Shown here piece by piece: positions 50,190 through 62,582 of a stretch of 64,000 nucleotides of DNA; within the stretch, counting starts at the first letter, position 1, and each line of letters starts with the position of its first letter. The position numbers and the translations under genes are program-made. The notes beneath the pieces were generated by a model. The model worked only from the letters and a program-made list of their open reading frames with translations, was not told the origin of the DNA and did no database searches. Source of the stretch: Callorhinchus milii (taxonomy: Eukaryota); contig NW_024704743.1 of the NCBI RefSeq assembly GCF_018977255.1, positions 32,676,001 to 32,740,000 of the forward strand, given 5' to 3'.

Positions 50190-52700
50190 AACAGCAACAA
50201 ATTACACTTGTATAGCGTCCTTCACGTCCAAAATACGTCCCAGAGCTTTTAACAGTCTGGGGGTTTTGGACCTGAGCTGGGAGTTGAGGTCAGTAGGGGT
50301 GGGAGGCACGGTCGAAGAGGAAGGCCTTTAGATGGGACTTGAAGGAGGCAAGAGAGGGGGTGAGGCGGAGGGATTGCGGGATAGAGTTTCAGTGTGGGGC
50401 AGAGATGCTGAATGGCCGACAGCCAATGGTGGAGTGGGGGACCTGAAGCAGGCCAGAATCTGCCAAGCACAGGGAACGGACAGACTGATATGGGTTTAGG
50501 AGATGAGACCCCCTCGACAGTGGAGGGCTATGAAGGTGAGAATGAGGGTTTTGTACTCTATTCTGTGAGTGATGGGGAACCAGTAAAGTTGGGCAAGAAC
50601 GGGGGTGATTGGTTCGCAGATCCTATGCGAGCTGCAGGGTTCTGAAAATCTGCAGTTTGTGGAGGTGAAGAGTTGGGAAGTCCAGTGAATAGGCAATTGG
50701 CGTAGTCAAGCAGGGACATGATGAAAGCGTGGATCAGGGTCTCGGCAGGCTGCAGTGAGGGGCAGTGGCAGAGGCAGGCAATGTTGCAGAGGTGGGGTTT
50801 GAAGGATAGCTGAGTGTCAAAAATCACACCAAGGTTTCGTATTGGCTCGGCGAGGTGAAGAGTGCAGCCATGAATAGTGATAATATCAGCGGCTGAGGTG
50901 AAGAGGCGTTGCTGGGAGCCAAGCAGGAGGGCCTCTGTCTTGCCAACATTGAGCTGGAGGAAGTTGGTTCTCGTCCAGGGATTGATATCAAACAGACAAT
51001 TAGCCAGGACATCAATGGTCCTGGAGTCGAGGGTGGAGGTGGTAAGTTGGGTGTCATCTGCATACATGTGGAGTCCTGTAGCTCAGTGGTTAGAGCACTC
51101 ACTTTGCAAGCGAGAGACCCAAGTTCAATTCCAGGCAGGGCGGAACCTTGGGCAAGTTTCCTTACTCCACACAGAGCCTAATAATAATCCCTCCAAAACC
51201 ATAAACAATAATAAAATGGTCATTTTCAATCTACGACTGTTTGTGGGACATTGCTGTGCGCAATTGGCTGCCGCGTTTGCCCACAAATATACAGTCAATT
51301 CACTTTACAGTGTGTTCTGTGAAGCGCTTTGGGACGTCCTCCCGACGTGAAAAGCGCTATATCAAATGCAAGGATTATTATTATGTGGAAATTGGCCTCA
51401 TGCCTGCAGATGACATCACCGAGCAGGAGCAGGTATAGACTGAAGAGGAGGGGACTGAGGACAGAACCCTTGAGGGATGCCACACGTTACAGTGCGGGGA
51501 CTGGAGGAGAAGCCGTTGGTGGACACGAAGTGCAGACGATAGGAAAGGTAGGATTGGAACCAGGCAAGGACAGAACTGTTGAGGCAGAGGAATTCAAGAT
51601 CCTCATCCTCACCTACAAGGCCATTCACGGCCTCGCTCCCTCCTACCTCTCCGACCTACAATCCCCCTATCTACCTGCCCGTACCCTCCGTTCCTCTGGC
51701 TCCGGTCTGCTCTACATCCCCCGCCCCAACCGCCCTACCATCGGTAGCTGGGCCTTTAACCTCTCAGCCCCTAGGCTCTGGAACTCTATCCCCCAGTGCC
51801 TTCGCCGCCTCCTCCCTTTCCTCCTTCAAGGCCGGTCTCAAGACCTTTCTCTTTGACTGTGCCTTCAGCTCCCCTCTCAACTCTCTACCCCCTCCTCGCC
51901 CCCTCCGTTTCCTCCCCTCACCATTTCCCCCCTCCTCGCTCCCTCCCTTCCCTCCCCCTGACCATTTCCCCCCTGCTCGGGTCCTGACCCAACTGTCCAG
52001 CGCTTTGGGACGTCCTCCCGACGTGAAAGGCGCTCTATAAATGGAATCTTGTTGTTGTTGTTGAGGAGAGGCGGTGGAGAAGAATGGAATGGTCGATGGT
52101 ATTGAAAGCGGTCGAGAAGGACAAGAAGACCGAGAGAGCCCTGGTCGCAGGTGGACAGAATGTAATTTGTCATTTTGACCAGGGCTAGATTGGAGGAAAT
52201 CATGGATGGAATGCTGGGAGAGGAAAGAGCGAAGCTGGGAAGTGACAACTCGTTCCATGACTTTGGAAAAAAAAGGAAGGTTTGAAATGGGACGGTAGTT
52301 GGAGGCAGAGACAGGTCAAGGAAAGGATTTTTGAGGGTAGGGGTGATGACAGCTGTCTTTAGGGGGATGGGTACGGTGCCAGTAGACAGGGAGAGGTTAA
52401 CAAGATCTGTTAGTTGGGGCAAGGAGGTGGAGTTGGGAGGTGAGGAGAGGGGTAGGGATGGGGTCAATGGAGCAGGTAGTCAGTTTCATATGGAAAATGA
52501 TGGAGGTGAGCAAAGAGGGTGAAGAGGGAATGAGCCAAAAGTATGGAGGGAGGGATGGGTGGGGCCTGGAAAGGGGAGCGAGAGGTGGGGACGGGGTGGA
52601 GGTAGAAGGGGTTGAGGTGGCAGAGCAGATTCCCTGACGTTGGACTCAAGGAAATCCATCATCTTGCATTTGGTGTTGGAGGAGAGGATGGCGATGGCAT
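50190..52700 (-). mobile_element. Antisense L2 hosting a SINE and a young sense L2 (51590-52063)
   Basis: [32 protein letters not shown]; nested insertions with target duplications. Confidence 0.85.
51070..51383 (+). mobile_element. SINE inserted beside the YADD codons of an antisense L2
   Basis: Full length; ATGTGGA duplicated at 51066-51072 and 51383-51389. Confidence 0.9.
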
Positions 52701-53403
52701 GGGAGGGTGGACACAGGAGTTGGATAATGGTAGAAAAGAAGAGTCTGGGTTTGGTCAAAGCACCCACTTCCTGTTCTGCAACACCCTGATGTTTCCCAGT
52801 GATATACAAGAGAAGCTAGCATAGGCTGAGGGCAGGAGTCATAGATTCATTGCCCATGAAGTGCTTTGTTAGACTACCTCAGACACTGCCTCTGAGTCAG
52901 CAGGTTGTACGTCTCCTCACCCCAGTACTCCACATAATCTTGTGCCAAGGGATAGCACCTCAAATGCAGCTCCCCTGACCCCCACCCCCCCTCCCCCAAC
53001 ACCAGTATTGCATTGGAATATCAGCATAGATATATATATGGGTTCCAAGTCCTGACGTGAGGACAGCCCCCACAACCTTCCGATTCAAAGGCGACAGTGC
53101 TATCAACTGAGCCAGGGTGACATACATTGTATTAATCTGAGGTCCCATCATCCCAGCTCAGGCAGATATTAAAGATCCCAAGGTACTATGATTCGAAAAG
53201 GGGGGGTTTCACCCGGTGTTTTGGGCAGCAATCCCCCAATTAATAATTGGTCACTCGTGGTAGTTTATGGCACACTAGTGGTGGTTTATCCTGGCTTTTG
53301 ATATAGCGCGTTTATGGGACATTGCTGCGTGCAATACAGTCAATACAGTCAATCGTACTTTACATTAATTCCTAAGAAGCACTTTGAGACGTGTTCCCAA
53401 AGT

Positions 53404-53730
53404 GGAGTCCTGTAGCTCAGTGGTTAGAGCACTCGCTTTGCAAGCGAGAGACCTGAGTTCAATTCCAGGCAGAGGGCGAAACCTTGGGCAAGTTTCCTTA
53501 CTCCACACACAGCCCTAATAATAATCCCTTCAAAAACCCAAAAAACAATAATAAATTGGTCATTTTCAATCCACGACTGTTTGTGGGGACATTGCTGTGC
53601 GCGATTGGCTGCCGCGTTTCGCCCACAAACATACAGTCAATTCACTTTACGGTGTGTTCTGTGAAGCGCTTTGGGACGTCCTCCCGACGTGAGAAGCGCT
53701 GGGTCAAATGCGAGGATTGTTATCGTTATT
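53404..53730 (+). mobile_element. SINE adjoining the CpG island
   Basis: Full length; 3' end carries many AT->GC changes. Confidence 0.9.
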
Positions 53731-53734
53731 TAAA

Positions 53735-54260
53735 TGTGACAACGACCCGTAGCGCTCCACGGTACCGTCAGACGCGAGGACGGTGAAATGAGGTCGCAAT
53801 CCGCAGCGGGACGCGGCGACCAGAGGGAAGTTACTCTGGGACGTGGGACGGGGAATAAGATCTGGGAATGGGCGCTGGTCATGGGGTCCAGACGGGGTGG
53901 ACCTGGTCCGCCGCCTGTGGATTGATGGCGTGTTGTCCCCGGGGGTCACTAGGTGGCGCTCTGGAGCGAAGGCAGCGAAGGGCGGGGAGAGCGGCCACGT
54001 GCGTGCGTGCGTGCGTGTGTGTGTGTGTGTGAGCGCGTGTGCGCGTGCGCGGGCGTGGGTGACAGCGCCACCGCCTGGTGAGGCCCGGGGACTGCAGAGG
54101 GCGCGCGCCGCTGGTGAGCTGATCCCCGGAGCGGGAGAGAGGAGCGAGAGGTCACCGCGTGTGTGTGTGTGTGTGTGAGAGGGGGCGGGAGCCGAGCGTT
54201 CACACCGACTGCGGAGAGCAGCGACAGACAGAGAGAGAGAGAGAGAGACCGGTAACCATC
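53735..54260 (+). promoter_or_regulatory. CpG island, probable NUTF2-like promoter and non-coding first exon
   Basis: CpG-dense; GC box, CACGTG, NRF1-like TGCGCGTGCGC 54040-54050, CTCF-like motifs; donors CTG|GTGAGG (54077) and CTG|GTGAGC (54113); downstream acceptor at 59281 needs an upstream exon. Confidence 0.65.
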
Positions 54261-54279
54261 ACTGCCTCTGTTTACCCCC

Positions 54280-55590
54280 CACACCCCGTGTGTGTGTACC
54301 CCTCCCCCACCCCGTGTGTGTGTACCCCCCTGACCCTGTGTGTACCCCTCCCCCACCCTGTGTGTGTACCCCCCTGACCCTGTGTGTACCCCCCTGTGTG
54401 TGTGTACCCCCCTGACCCTGTGTGTACCCCTCCCCCACCCTGTGTGTGTACCCCCCTGACCCTGTGTGTACCCCTCCCCACCCTGTGTGTGTACCCCCCT
54501 GACCCTGTGTGTACCCCTCCCCCACCCTGTGTGTGTACCCCCCTGACCCTGTGTGTACCCCCCTGTGTGTGTGTACCCCCCCTGACCCTGTGTGTACCCC
54601 TCCCCACCCTGTGTGTGTACCCCCCTGACCCTGTGTGTACCCCTCCCCCACCCTGTGTGTGTACCCCCCTGACCCTGTGTGTACCTCCCCCCCCTGAGTA
54701 TGTACCTCCCCTGTGTGTGTGTACCCCCTGTGTGTGTGTACCCCCCCTGACCCTGTGTGTGTACCCCCCCTGACCCTGTGTGTGTGTACCCCCCTGACCC
54801 TGTGTGTGTGTGTACCCCCCCTGACCCTGTGTGTGTGTACCCCCCCCAACCCTGTGTGTGTGTGTACCCCCCTGACCCTGTGTGTGTGTACCCCCCTGAC
54901 CCTGTGTGTGTGTACCCCCCCTGACCCTGTGTGTACCCCCCCTGTGTGTGTACCCCCCCTGACCCTGTGTGTGTGTACCCCCCCCTGACCCTGTGTGTGT
55001 GTACCCCCCCTGACCCTGTGTGTGTGTACCCCCCCTGACCCTGTGTGTGTGTGTACCCCCCCTGACCCTGTGTGTGTACCCCCCCTGTGTGTGTACCCCT
55101 CTGTGTGTGTACCCCCCTGACCCTGTGTGTGTACCCCCCCTGACCCTGTGTGTGTGTACCCCACCTGACCCTGTGTGTGTGTACCCCCCCTGACCCTGTG
55201 TGTGTGTGTACCCCCCCTGACCCTGTGTGTGTACCCCCCCTGACCCTGTGTGTGTGTGTACCCCCTCTGACCCTGTGTGTGTGTGTACCCCCCCTGACCC
55301 TGTGTGTGTGTGTACCCCCCCTGACCCTGTGTGTGTGTACCCCCCCTGACCCTGTGTGTGTACCCCCTCTGTGTGTGTACCCCCCCTGACCCCTGTGTGT
55401 GTGTACCCCCTGTGTGTGTGTACCCCCCCTGACCCTGTGTGTGTACCCCCCTCTGTGTGTGTACCCCCCCTGACCCCTGTGTGTGTGTACCCCCTGTGTG
55501 TGTGTACCCCCCCTGACCCTGTGTGTACCCCCCCTGACCCTGTGTGTGTACCCCCTGTGTGTGTGTACCCCCCTGCCCCCTGTGTGTGTA
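54280..55590 (+). repeat. Minisatellite (GT)nAC(C)nTGACCCT, unit about 20-28 bp
   Basis: About 1.3 kb tandem array with variable GT and C run lengths. Confidence 0.97.
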
Positions 55591-55841
55591 TACTCTCTGT
55601 ACCCGCCGCCGGGGGTTATGTTCTTGTGGCCTGAACCCGAGGCTTTTCTCCACACTCCCTCCCCCCAAAAAGGGGCTTCTCTTTTTCTTCACAGCGAGTC
55701 TTGTATATGATGATTAATAATAATGATATTAATGATCATTCCCAACGTGTGTGTGTGTTTAAGCGAAAGGGGCATTTGTTTTCCTGTTTCTCTCTCTCTG
55801 TGTTTTCCTCTCCAAAAATAAGATCACTTAAAGGAAAGAGT

Positions 55842-56568
55842 GAGGGAGAGAGAGGGAGGAGGAGAGGGAGAGACAGGGAGGGAGAGATAGAGAGAGGGAG
55901 GGAGGGAGGGAGAGAGAGAGAGTAGAGGGAGGAAGGGAGAGAGAGATAGAGACAGAGATAGATAGAGGGAGAGAGAGATGAGGAGGGAGGGAGAGAGAGA
56001 GATGGGGAGGGAGGGAGAGAGAGAGATGGGGAGGGAGATGGGGAGGGAGGGAGGGAGGGGAGGGAGGAGAGAGAGAGAGAGAGAGATGGGGAGGGAGGGA
56101 GGGAGGGAGGAGATGGGGAGGGAGGGAGAGATAGGGAGGGAGGAGAGAGAGAGATGGGGAGGGAGGGAGAGAGAGATGGGGAGGGAGGGAGAGAGAGAGA
56201 GAGATGGGGAGGGAGGGAGAGAGAGATGGGGAGGGAGGGAGGGAGGGAGAGAGATGGGGAGGGAGGGAGGGAGAGAGATGGGGAGGGAGAGAGAGATAGG
56301 GAGGGAGAGAGATGGGGAGGGAGGGAGGGAGAGATGGGGAGGGAGAGGGAGAGAGAGATGGGGAGGGAGGGAGAGGGAGAGAGAGATGGGGAGGGAGGGA
56401 GGGAGAGAGATGGGGAGGGAGAGGGAGAGAGAGATGGGGAGGGAGAGGGAGAGAGAGATGGGGAGGGAGGGAGGGAGAGAGATGGGGAGGGAGAGGGAGA
56501 GAGAGATGGGGAGGGAGGGAGAGAGATGGGGAGGGAGAGAGAGATGGGGAGGGAGGGAGGGGGAGGGC
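55842..56568 (+). repeat. Polypurine (GAGAGAGATGGGGAGGGAGG)n tract
   Basis: About 0.73 kb, almost entirely G/A on the + strand. Confidence 0.97.
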
Positions 56569-57771
56569 TTCCAGGTGTTGCTGCCGCATGTGTTCCGGGA
56601 TGTGATCTATTGGGAGTGACCGTTGGTTTCCTTCCCGCGGCCTCGTGGCTGCTGTCGCTCTGAGGCTGAACCAGAGCTGCTGTGCTGTGCTGTGCTGTGC
56701 TGTGGGCGGTGTGGGTGTGTGGGTGTGAGAGCGGTGCTCGGGGTCTGGGCTGAGGGAAGGGAAGGGAAGCCTTTTGGTCGCTCCTTCACTCGGTTACTTA
56801 CTTTACCGGTCCCAGAGATGGTGGTTCGGCAACACTGTTTGCTGGAGCGCAGAAAGCTGCGGCCTGGGGCCAGGACCCCTCGATTTGAGTCCGGGTGAAT
56901 GACCAGGACTTTATATTGAAGTGGAGCCTATGCTCTTGGGGGCACCATCGCCTTCCTTCCTCGATGGCCAGAGCAGCTCCGTGTCAGGTACAGCTATCAG
57001 TGGGAACCCGCTGAAGGTGGCCCAGGGCGTCCGAGCCGCTTCGCATCCTTTAATGGCTTCATGCTTTAGGGATGACCCAGTCTGTGGTTGAGATTGAGAA
57101 AGTCGGACAGAGATCTGTGGTCATTGTAGGACTGGGCAGCACAGGGCAGAGCACACCTAACTGCGGACCCACTCATAGTCCAGTTTGGTAGGTGTAACGT
57201 GATGGGTCCTGTCCTCGTTGCTCTACTCTGTAAGAGCCATTGATTGGACTTTCTTAAATAAAAGCAGAACCCCGCTCTTTAGAAGCGCTTTTCTGCATGA
57301 ATTGACAAGTTAGATTCATTGTCTAATCAGTTCAGTGATTGTATATTTTGTTGGTCAGTTGTCACAACAATAATAAAAATAATCCTTCCATTTGACGTAG
57401 CGCCTTTCATATCAGTAGAATGTCTCAAAACACTTAACAGAATATACTGTAAAATAGAACGACTGTGTTTTTGTGGCCAATAGTGCAGAAAAACATTGGC
57501 ATCTACTAGTGGTTTTCGATATCTAAGTGAATAGATTACCTTAGGCTTTCTCAATCAAACTTGCAGCACTTGAGATGATCGTTGCAGTCTACGTGAATAA
57601 AGGATCAGAATTGTCAGTGCATTTATAATCGGATTAGCTGTTAACAGTGAGTCCCCAAAACAAACGTGTGATTGCAAGTTCTATTGCTTTGCATGATCAG
57701 TAATGACCAGTAATAAAGCCAGATGTGAAAGCTGGCTGATAGCAGCTGCACACTTCACATGGAGGGCGGAG

Positions 57772-58889
57772 GGCTTTTCCTCCGGCCCCCGCACTGTCTC
57801 GTGCGGTGTCCCTCAGGGCTCTGTCCTCGGTCCCCTCCTCTTCACCCTCTATATGCTCCCCCTCGGTGCCATCATCCGCAGACATGGGGTTAACTTCCAC
57901 ATGTATGCGGATGACACCCAACTCTACCTTTCCTCCTCTACCCTCAACTCCACGACCACCGATGTCCTGACAGCCTGTCCGACATCGAGTCCTGGATGAG
58001 AGACAACTTTCTTCAGCTCAATGTGCACAAAACTGAGGCCCTCCTGATTGGCTCACGTCAGCGCCTCCGCACCTCAGGCGCTGACAGCATTAGCATCGAA
58101 GGCTGCACTCTCCACCTCTCAAAGCCGTCAGGAACCTCGGGATTTTGTTCGACCCTGAGCTGTCCTTTCTCCCTCATATCTGCGCCACAACTGGCACCGC
58201 CTTCCATCACCTCCGGAATATCGCCAGACTACGGCACTACCTCACCCCTCACGCTGCTGAAACCCTGGTCCACGCCTTTATCACCTCAAGGCTGGACTAT
58301 GGGAACTCTCTCCTCGCCGGCCTTCCCGCCACCTCCCTCCACAAGCTGCAGGTCATTCAGAACTCTGCAGCTCGTGTACTGTCCCGCACCAGGCTTCGGA
58401 CCACATCACTCCCACCCTCGCTCGCCTCCACTGGCTCCCCATTCCCCAGAGGATCGAATTCAAGATCCTCATCCTCACCTACAAGGCCATTCACGGCCTT
58501 GCTCCCTCCTACCTCTCCGACCTACTATCCCCCTACCTACCTGCCCGTACCCTCCGTTCCTCTGGCTCCGGTCTGCTCCACATCCCCCGCCCCAACCGCC
58601 CTACCATCGGTGGCCGGGCCTTCAGCCTCTCAGCCCCGAGGCTCTGGAACTCTATGCCCCAGTGCCTTCGCCGCCTCCTCCCTTTCCTCCTTCAAGGCCG
58701 GTCTCAAGACCTTTCTCTTTGACCGTACCTTCAGCTCCCCTCTCGACTCTACCTCCTCCTCGCTCCCTCCCTTCCCTCCCCCTGACCATTTCCCCCCAAT
58801 GCTCGGATCCTGACCCAACTGTACAGCGCCTTGGGACGTCCTCCCGACGTGAAAGGCGCTCTATAAATGGAATCTTGTTGTTGTTGTTG
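57772..58889 (+). mobile_element. Young 5'-truncated L2 (RT to tail)
   Basis: [25 protein letters not shown], CpGs retained, hairpin tail + (GTT)n, imperfect TGGAGGG..GGGC duplication. Confidence 0.93.
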
Positions 58890-59311
58890 GAGGGGGGGGG
58901 GCACGACTGTGGTCACACAAAATCATATGGGTGGCCGCGTTGTGGTGGCCGGATTTGAGAAACGCTGGTCTAAGCAGTCAGTTCAGCACTACTGAGGGTG
59001 CACCGCATTGCCGGAGATACCATTCTTCGGATGAGACATTGGTTGGTAATGAGACATCCGAAGAATGTTGAGAATCCGAAGAATAGTAAAGGTGCTGTTT
59101 AAGTGGATGATAAAGATCACATGGCACGACTCAAATAGAGAAGATAGTTTCTCCTGGTGTTGTGACCAAGTATCTTACAGATTAATTGTCCACATTAAAA
59201 ACTCATTGGGCTTATTAGGAATTACTTTGAGGTACTTTGAGACATTGTAGATGCTTTAAAAGTCTTTTTCTGTTTTGACAGGTCTGAATTTGCTGCCAGT
59301 TCACTGTCATA

Positions 59312-59410
59312 ATGGGTGAATCCCCGATATGGGAACAAGTTGGTGCAGGTTTTGTGCAGGTCTATTATCAACAGTTCGATACAAACCGATCAGAACTGGG
59401 ATCTCTGTAT
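59312..59410 (+). CDS. NUTF2: Nuclear transport factor 2-like, coding exon 1
   Basis: Acceptor GACAG ends 59281; MGESPIWEQVGAGFVQVYYQQFDTNRSELGSLY; donor TAT|GTAAGT; may be a paralog rather than the 1:1 ortholog. Confidence 0.93.
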
Positions 59411-59749
59411 GTAAGTATATCTTAAAGGAGAGCCCCTCCGACAAAGCAGCATTGCTCCAGCACTGCACTGAGACTATGTGAGTCCAAGTCCCGATGTGGA
59501 GCTTGAAACCCAATCTTCTGACTCAGAGGCATGAATGCTACCACTGAGCCAGACTGAGACTAGTTCTGTCGACTACTAATTCTGCACTATATTAGCCTGA
59601 TACTATGCCATTCCAAAAATAAAGAGTATTTGTAAAATTTGTAAAATAAAGGAGTATCTCTGATTGCCATACTTTCTCACCTCAAAGGTTGCCTAATCTT
59701 TTTTTCTTCATAAAGTGCAGCTAATTTTTAAAATCTTTTTCAATTTCAG

Positions 59750-59821
59750 GGTGAATCTTCTTGTTTAACATGGGAAGGACAACAGTTCCAAGGAAAAACT
59801 GCAATAATGGAAAAAATAAAT
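59750..59821 (+). CDS. NUTF2: NTF2-like exon 2
   Basis: TTTCAG acceptor; GESSCLTWEGQQFQGKTAIMEKIN; donor AAT|GTATGG. Confidence 0.95.
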
Positions 59822-60977
59822 GTATGGGTAAATTAGTTATATCCTCCCAGATGCTGTTTAAGCTTTACACTGTGGTTAGTGCTGATATGAATGAAACTTA
59901 ATGTTGCATTGGAGCCCACGGTTTACAAATGTAATTTCTCAGTAGGAATGAAACAATCAGCACTTTCATTATATAAAGGAGGAAGTAGATGCGCTCTTCT
60001 CCAGAAGCTAGTTCTTAAATTGCCTTTTCTACTAAGGTTACTCTGGGAATATAGTTACGGGTAGACTTACAAACTTTAGTTTTGTGTCACTGGGAAAGTA
60101 ACCTTGTATACAATCAACATTTTGGGGAAACGTGCAATCTCTCTCAGGCTATTTATCAAAGGTGCCTGTAGCTCCTAATGATGGCTGGGACATCAACTCG
60201 AAATTTAGCATCTTCAGTTTTCTGAAGGATTAGGAGGGGAAACGATGATGTGTTTCAATTGGGCTCATTTTGCTCCATCCCCCAGAGATCCAATATCTCA
60301 TCACTCTTCAATGGTGGAAATAGTTGAATCGGTTAAACCACTTCTGGGTGAAAATGAGCTAGGTTAGCAGTGAAGTATTAAGAATGGCCTTAGCGCCCTT
60401 GGCCAAGAAGAGGAAAAATCAGCTTGAGAAGAGGGTTCCCACCCGTGGTCACTCCCAAGTGGGTATTTGAGGGCAGGATTGGGCTGGAGTGTGAATGTTG
60501 TATTATGGGCTATATTATGCATTTCTGTTCTCTCCTCCCCCTCACCAATATGGTTTGGCACACAAAAAACAGCCAGATCTGATGAGAAACCTCACATTTT
60601 TGCTTGTCATTACTTTTTTTCTTGTAAGTCCACAAACGAATACCTGATTTTGTGTCTCGTCTCAATCCCTATTAGTTATGGCTGAGGGTGTTCAGCTGTG
60701 TATCTTGTAGCGCAGAGTCTGCTCTCTCCCAAAGGAAGAGGAAATGTGGACATTCATTTTAAACAAAAAGTTGGAATGGGAGATAATGAGAAGCTTTTTT
60801 AATAGAAAAACACAGCAGACTGTAGAGCCTGACAGGTGTGCCTAGAATAAGTTGATCAATATCTGGAGTTGCTTCTTTTTAAGTTGCCGGAATTGCTGGG
60901 ACCAGTTCTCACTGTTTTGAGGTTTCTGTCTTAATTCATATAGTATTTAACATGTTCTTCTTTAATGAATCCTTTAG

Positions 60978-61076
60978 AGCTTACCATTCCAGAAAATTCA
61001 GCATAGTGTAACTACTCACGACCATCAACCCACAGTAGACGGCTCAGTCCTCACTATGGTCGTAGGACAGTTACAG
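60978..61076 (+). CDS. NUTF2: NTF2-like exon 3
   Basis: CTTTAG acceptor; [33 protein letters not shown]; donor CAG|GTGAGT. Confidence 0.95.
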
Positions 61077-62375
61077 GTGAGTGTGTGGGCAATGAGGGTC
61101 TCTCTGAGTGGGTACTGATTGACAACACTCTCAATCTTGAGATCAGCATCTAGCTATGTAGAGATGTGTGCTATATGTTATGTCTGTGTATCCAGCAGGC
61201 GTTGGTTTTATAACTGGATTTTCTACCAACAGTCAATGTTACTTAAAAGTGTTTCCCCTCGCCCCCACCACTCCCCATTGGAAATGTTTATATTTTGTGA
61301 TGTTATAGAAGTTTGTGTGCCACTGTAATAGGAACAATCACTGGATCACCAGGTTACTTTACACCCCTCTCGCTCGCCCCTCACTCAGGTTACCAGTCAG
61401 CTCTGGAGCACTTTGAGCCAAAGTCCTGACATGAAAATGCTATATGAAATTTAGATTCTTGTTCTATCCACCCCCAATGGATAATTTCATTAAGAGGTGC
61501 TTACACTTGGTAACATAATCTCTCCTAAAGCATTACAAGACTGAAATTCGACTATCTGCAAGTAACTCAAATGGGACACCCCGCTCCTTTCATTTTTTTT
61601 TTCTCCACTTCGTGTGATCTCTCTGTTGTGTTGTTAAAATCAACAAGAAATAATGCAAGCTGGTAACTCCCTTCTAACTGATGCTGAAGAAGCCCTGCTT
61701 TGTTCAGGTTGCTATCCTTCAGAGGAGATGTTATATCGAGATCCCAATTCTTTGTTCAGGAAGTCATTATAGATCCTTGCAGCACTGTTCAAAAAGATTA
61801 GGGAGTTTCTCATGGCACTCTGGCCAACAATCCGCAGATAAAATTGATCAAACACTTCATGGCTGTTCGTGTGGGATATTAACATTGCAGTGCGCAAATT
61901 GGCTGTTGCATTTGCCTGCTAAATTCAGTCATTATAGTTTGCATTAAATCCTATAAAATGCTTTGAGATGCTTCAACAAGATAAGGCACATGATAATATC
62001 AAATGTGAGGATTATTATCAGCATCCCCTTGCTTTAATGCTTCTTTAAATTCCTATTTGAGTTGATACCCTGAATTATCTGTGGAACGAGAGAGCCTTTA
62101 TCACTCACTTTTTTTTCCTTACTGCAAAATGTGATTGAAGCCAATCCATCTCAAGTTTGAAAATTTCCCATTGCTAATCTACATGTATTTACCATATTTT
62201 TTCTTTGATTTAATCTGAGCCAAATCCAGTTTATACCTAACCTCTATATCCTGTTCTTTGTGATCACACTTGATGAAAGCTACTGATAGAAACCTGATTA
62301 CGAGATTGTGCATTAGCTCCACTGAGCGTAAAAGCTTTTTAATTTTTTGAGTTTCCATGTAAACTATGCTATTTT

Positions 62376-62582
62376 ATAATAATAATCCTTGCATTTGATA
62401 TAGCGCTTTTCACGTCGGGAGGACGTCCCAAAACGCTTCACAGAACACACTGTAAAGTGAATTGACTGTATATTTGTGGGCGAACGCGGCAGCCAATTGC
62501 GCACAGCAATGTCCCACAAACAGTCGTAGATTGAAAATGACCAATTTATTATTGTTTTGGGGTTTTGGAGGGATTATTATTT
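62376..62582 (-). mobile_element. 5'-truncated SINE in the last NUTF2-like intron
   Basis: Near-consensus core and tail on the minus strand. Confidence 0.85.

Noticed and set aside
54280..55590. CRISPR-like periodicity
   Set aside because: No unique spacers, no cas genes, vertebrate context
53949..56663. Long Gly/His/Thr and Arg/Glu/Gly ORFs
   Set aside because: Translations of the minisatellite and polypurine tract, open in several frames
57703..58958. RT-containing ORFs as an active retroelement
   Set aside because: 5'-truncated and frameshifted; no intact ORF2 anywhere in the window
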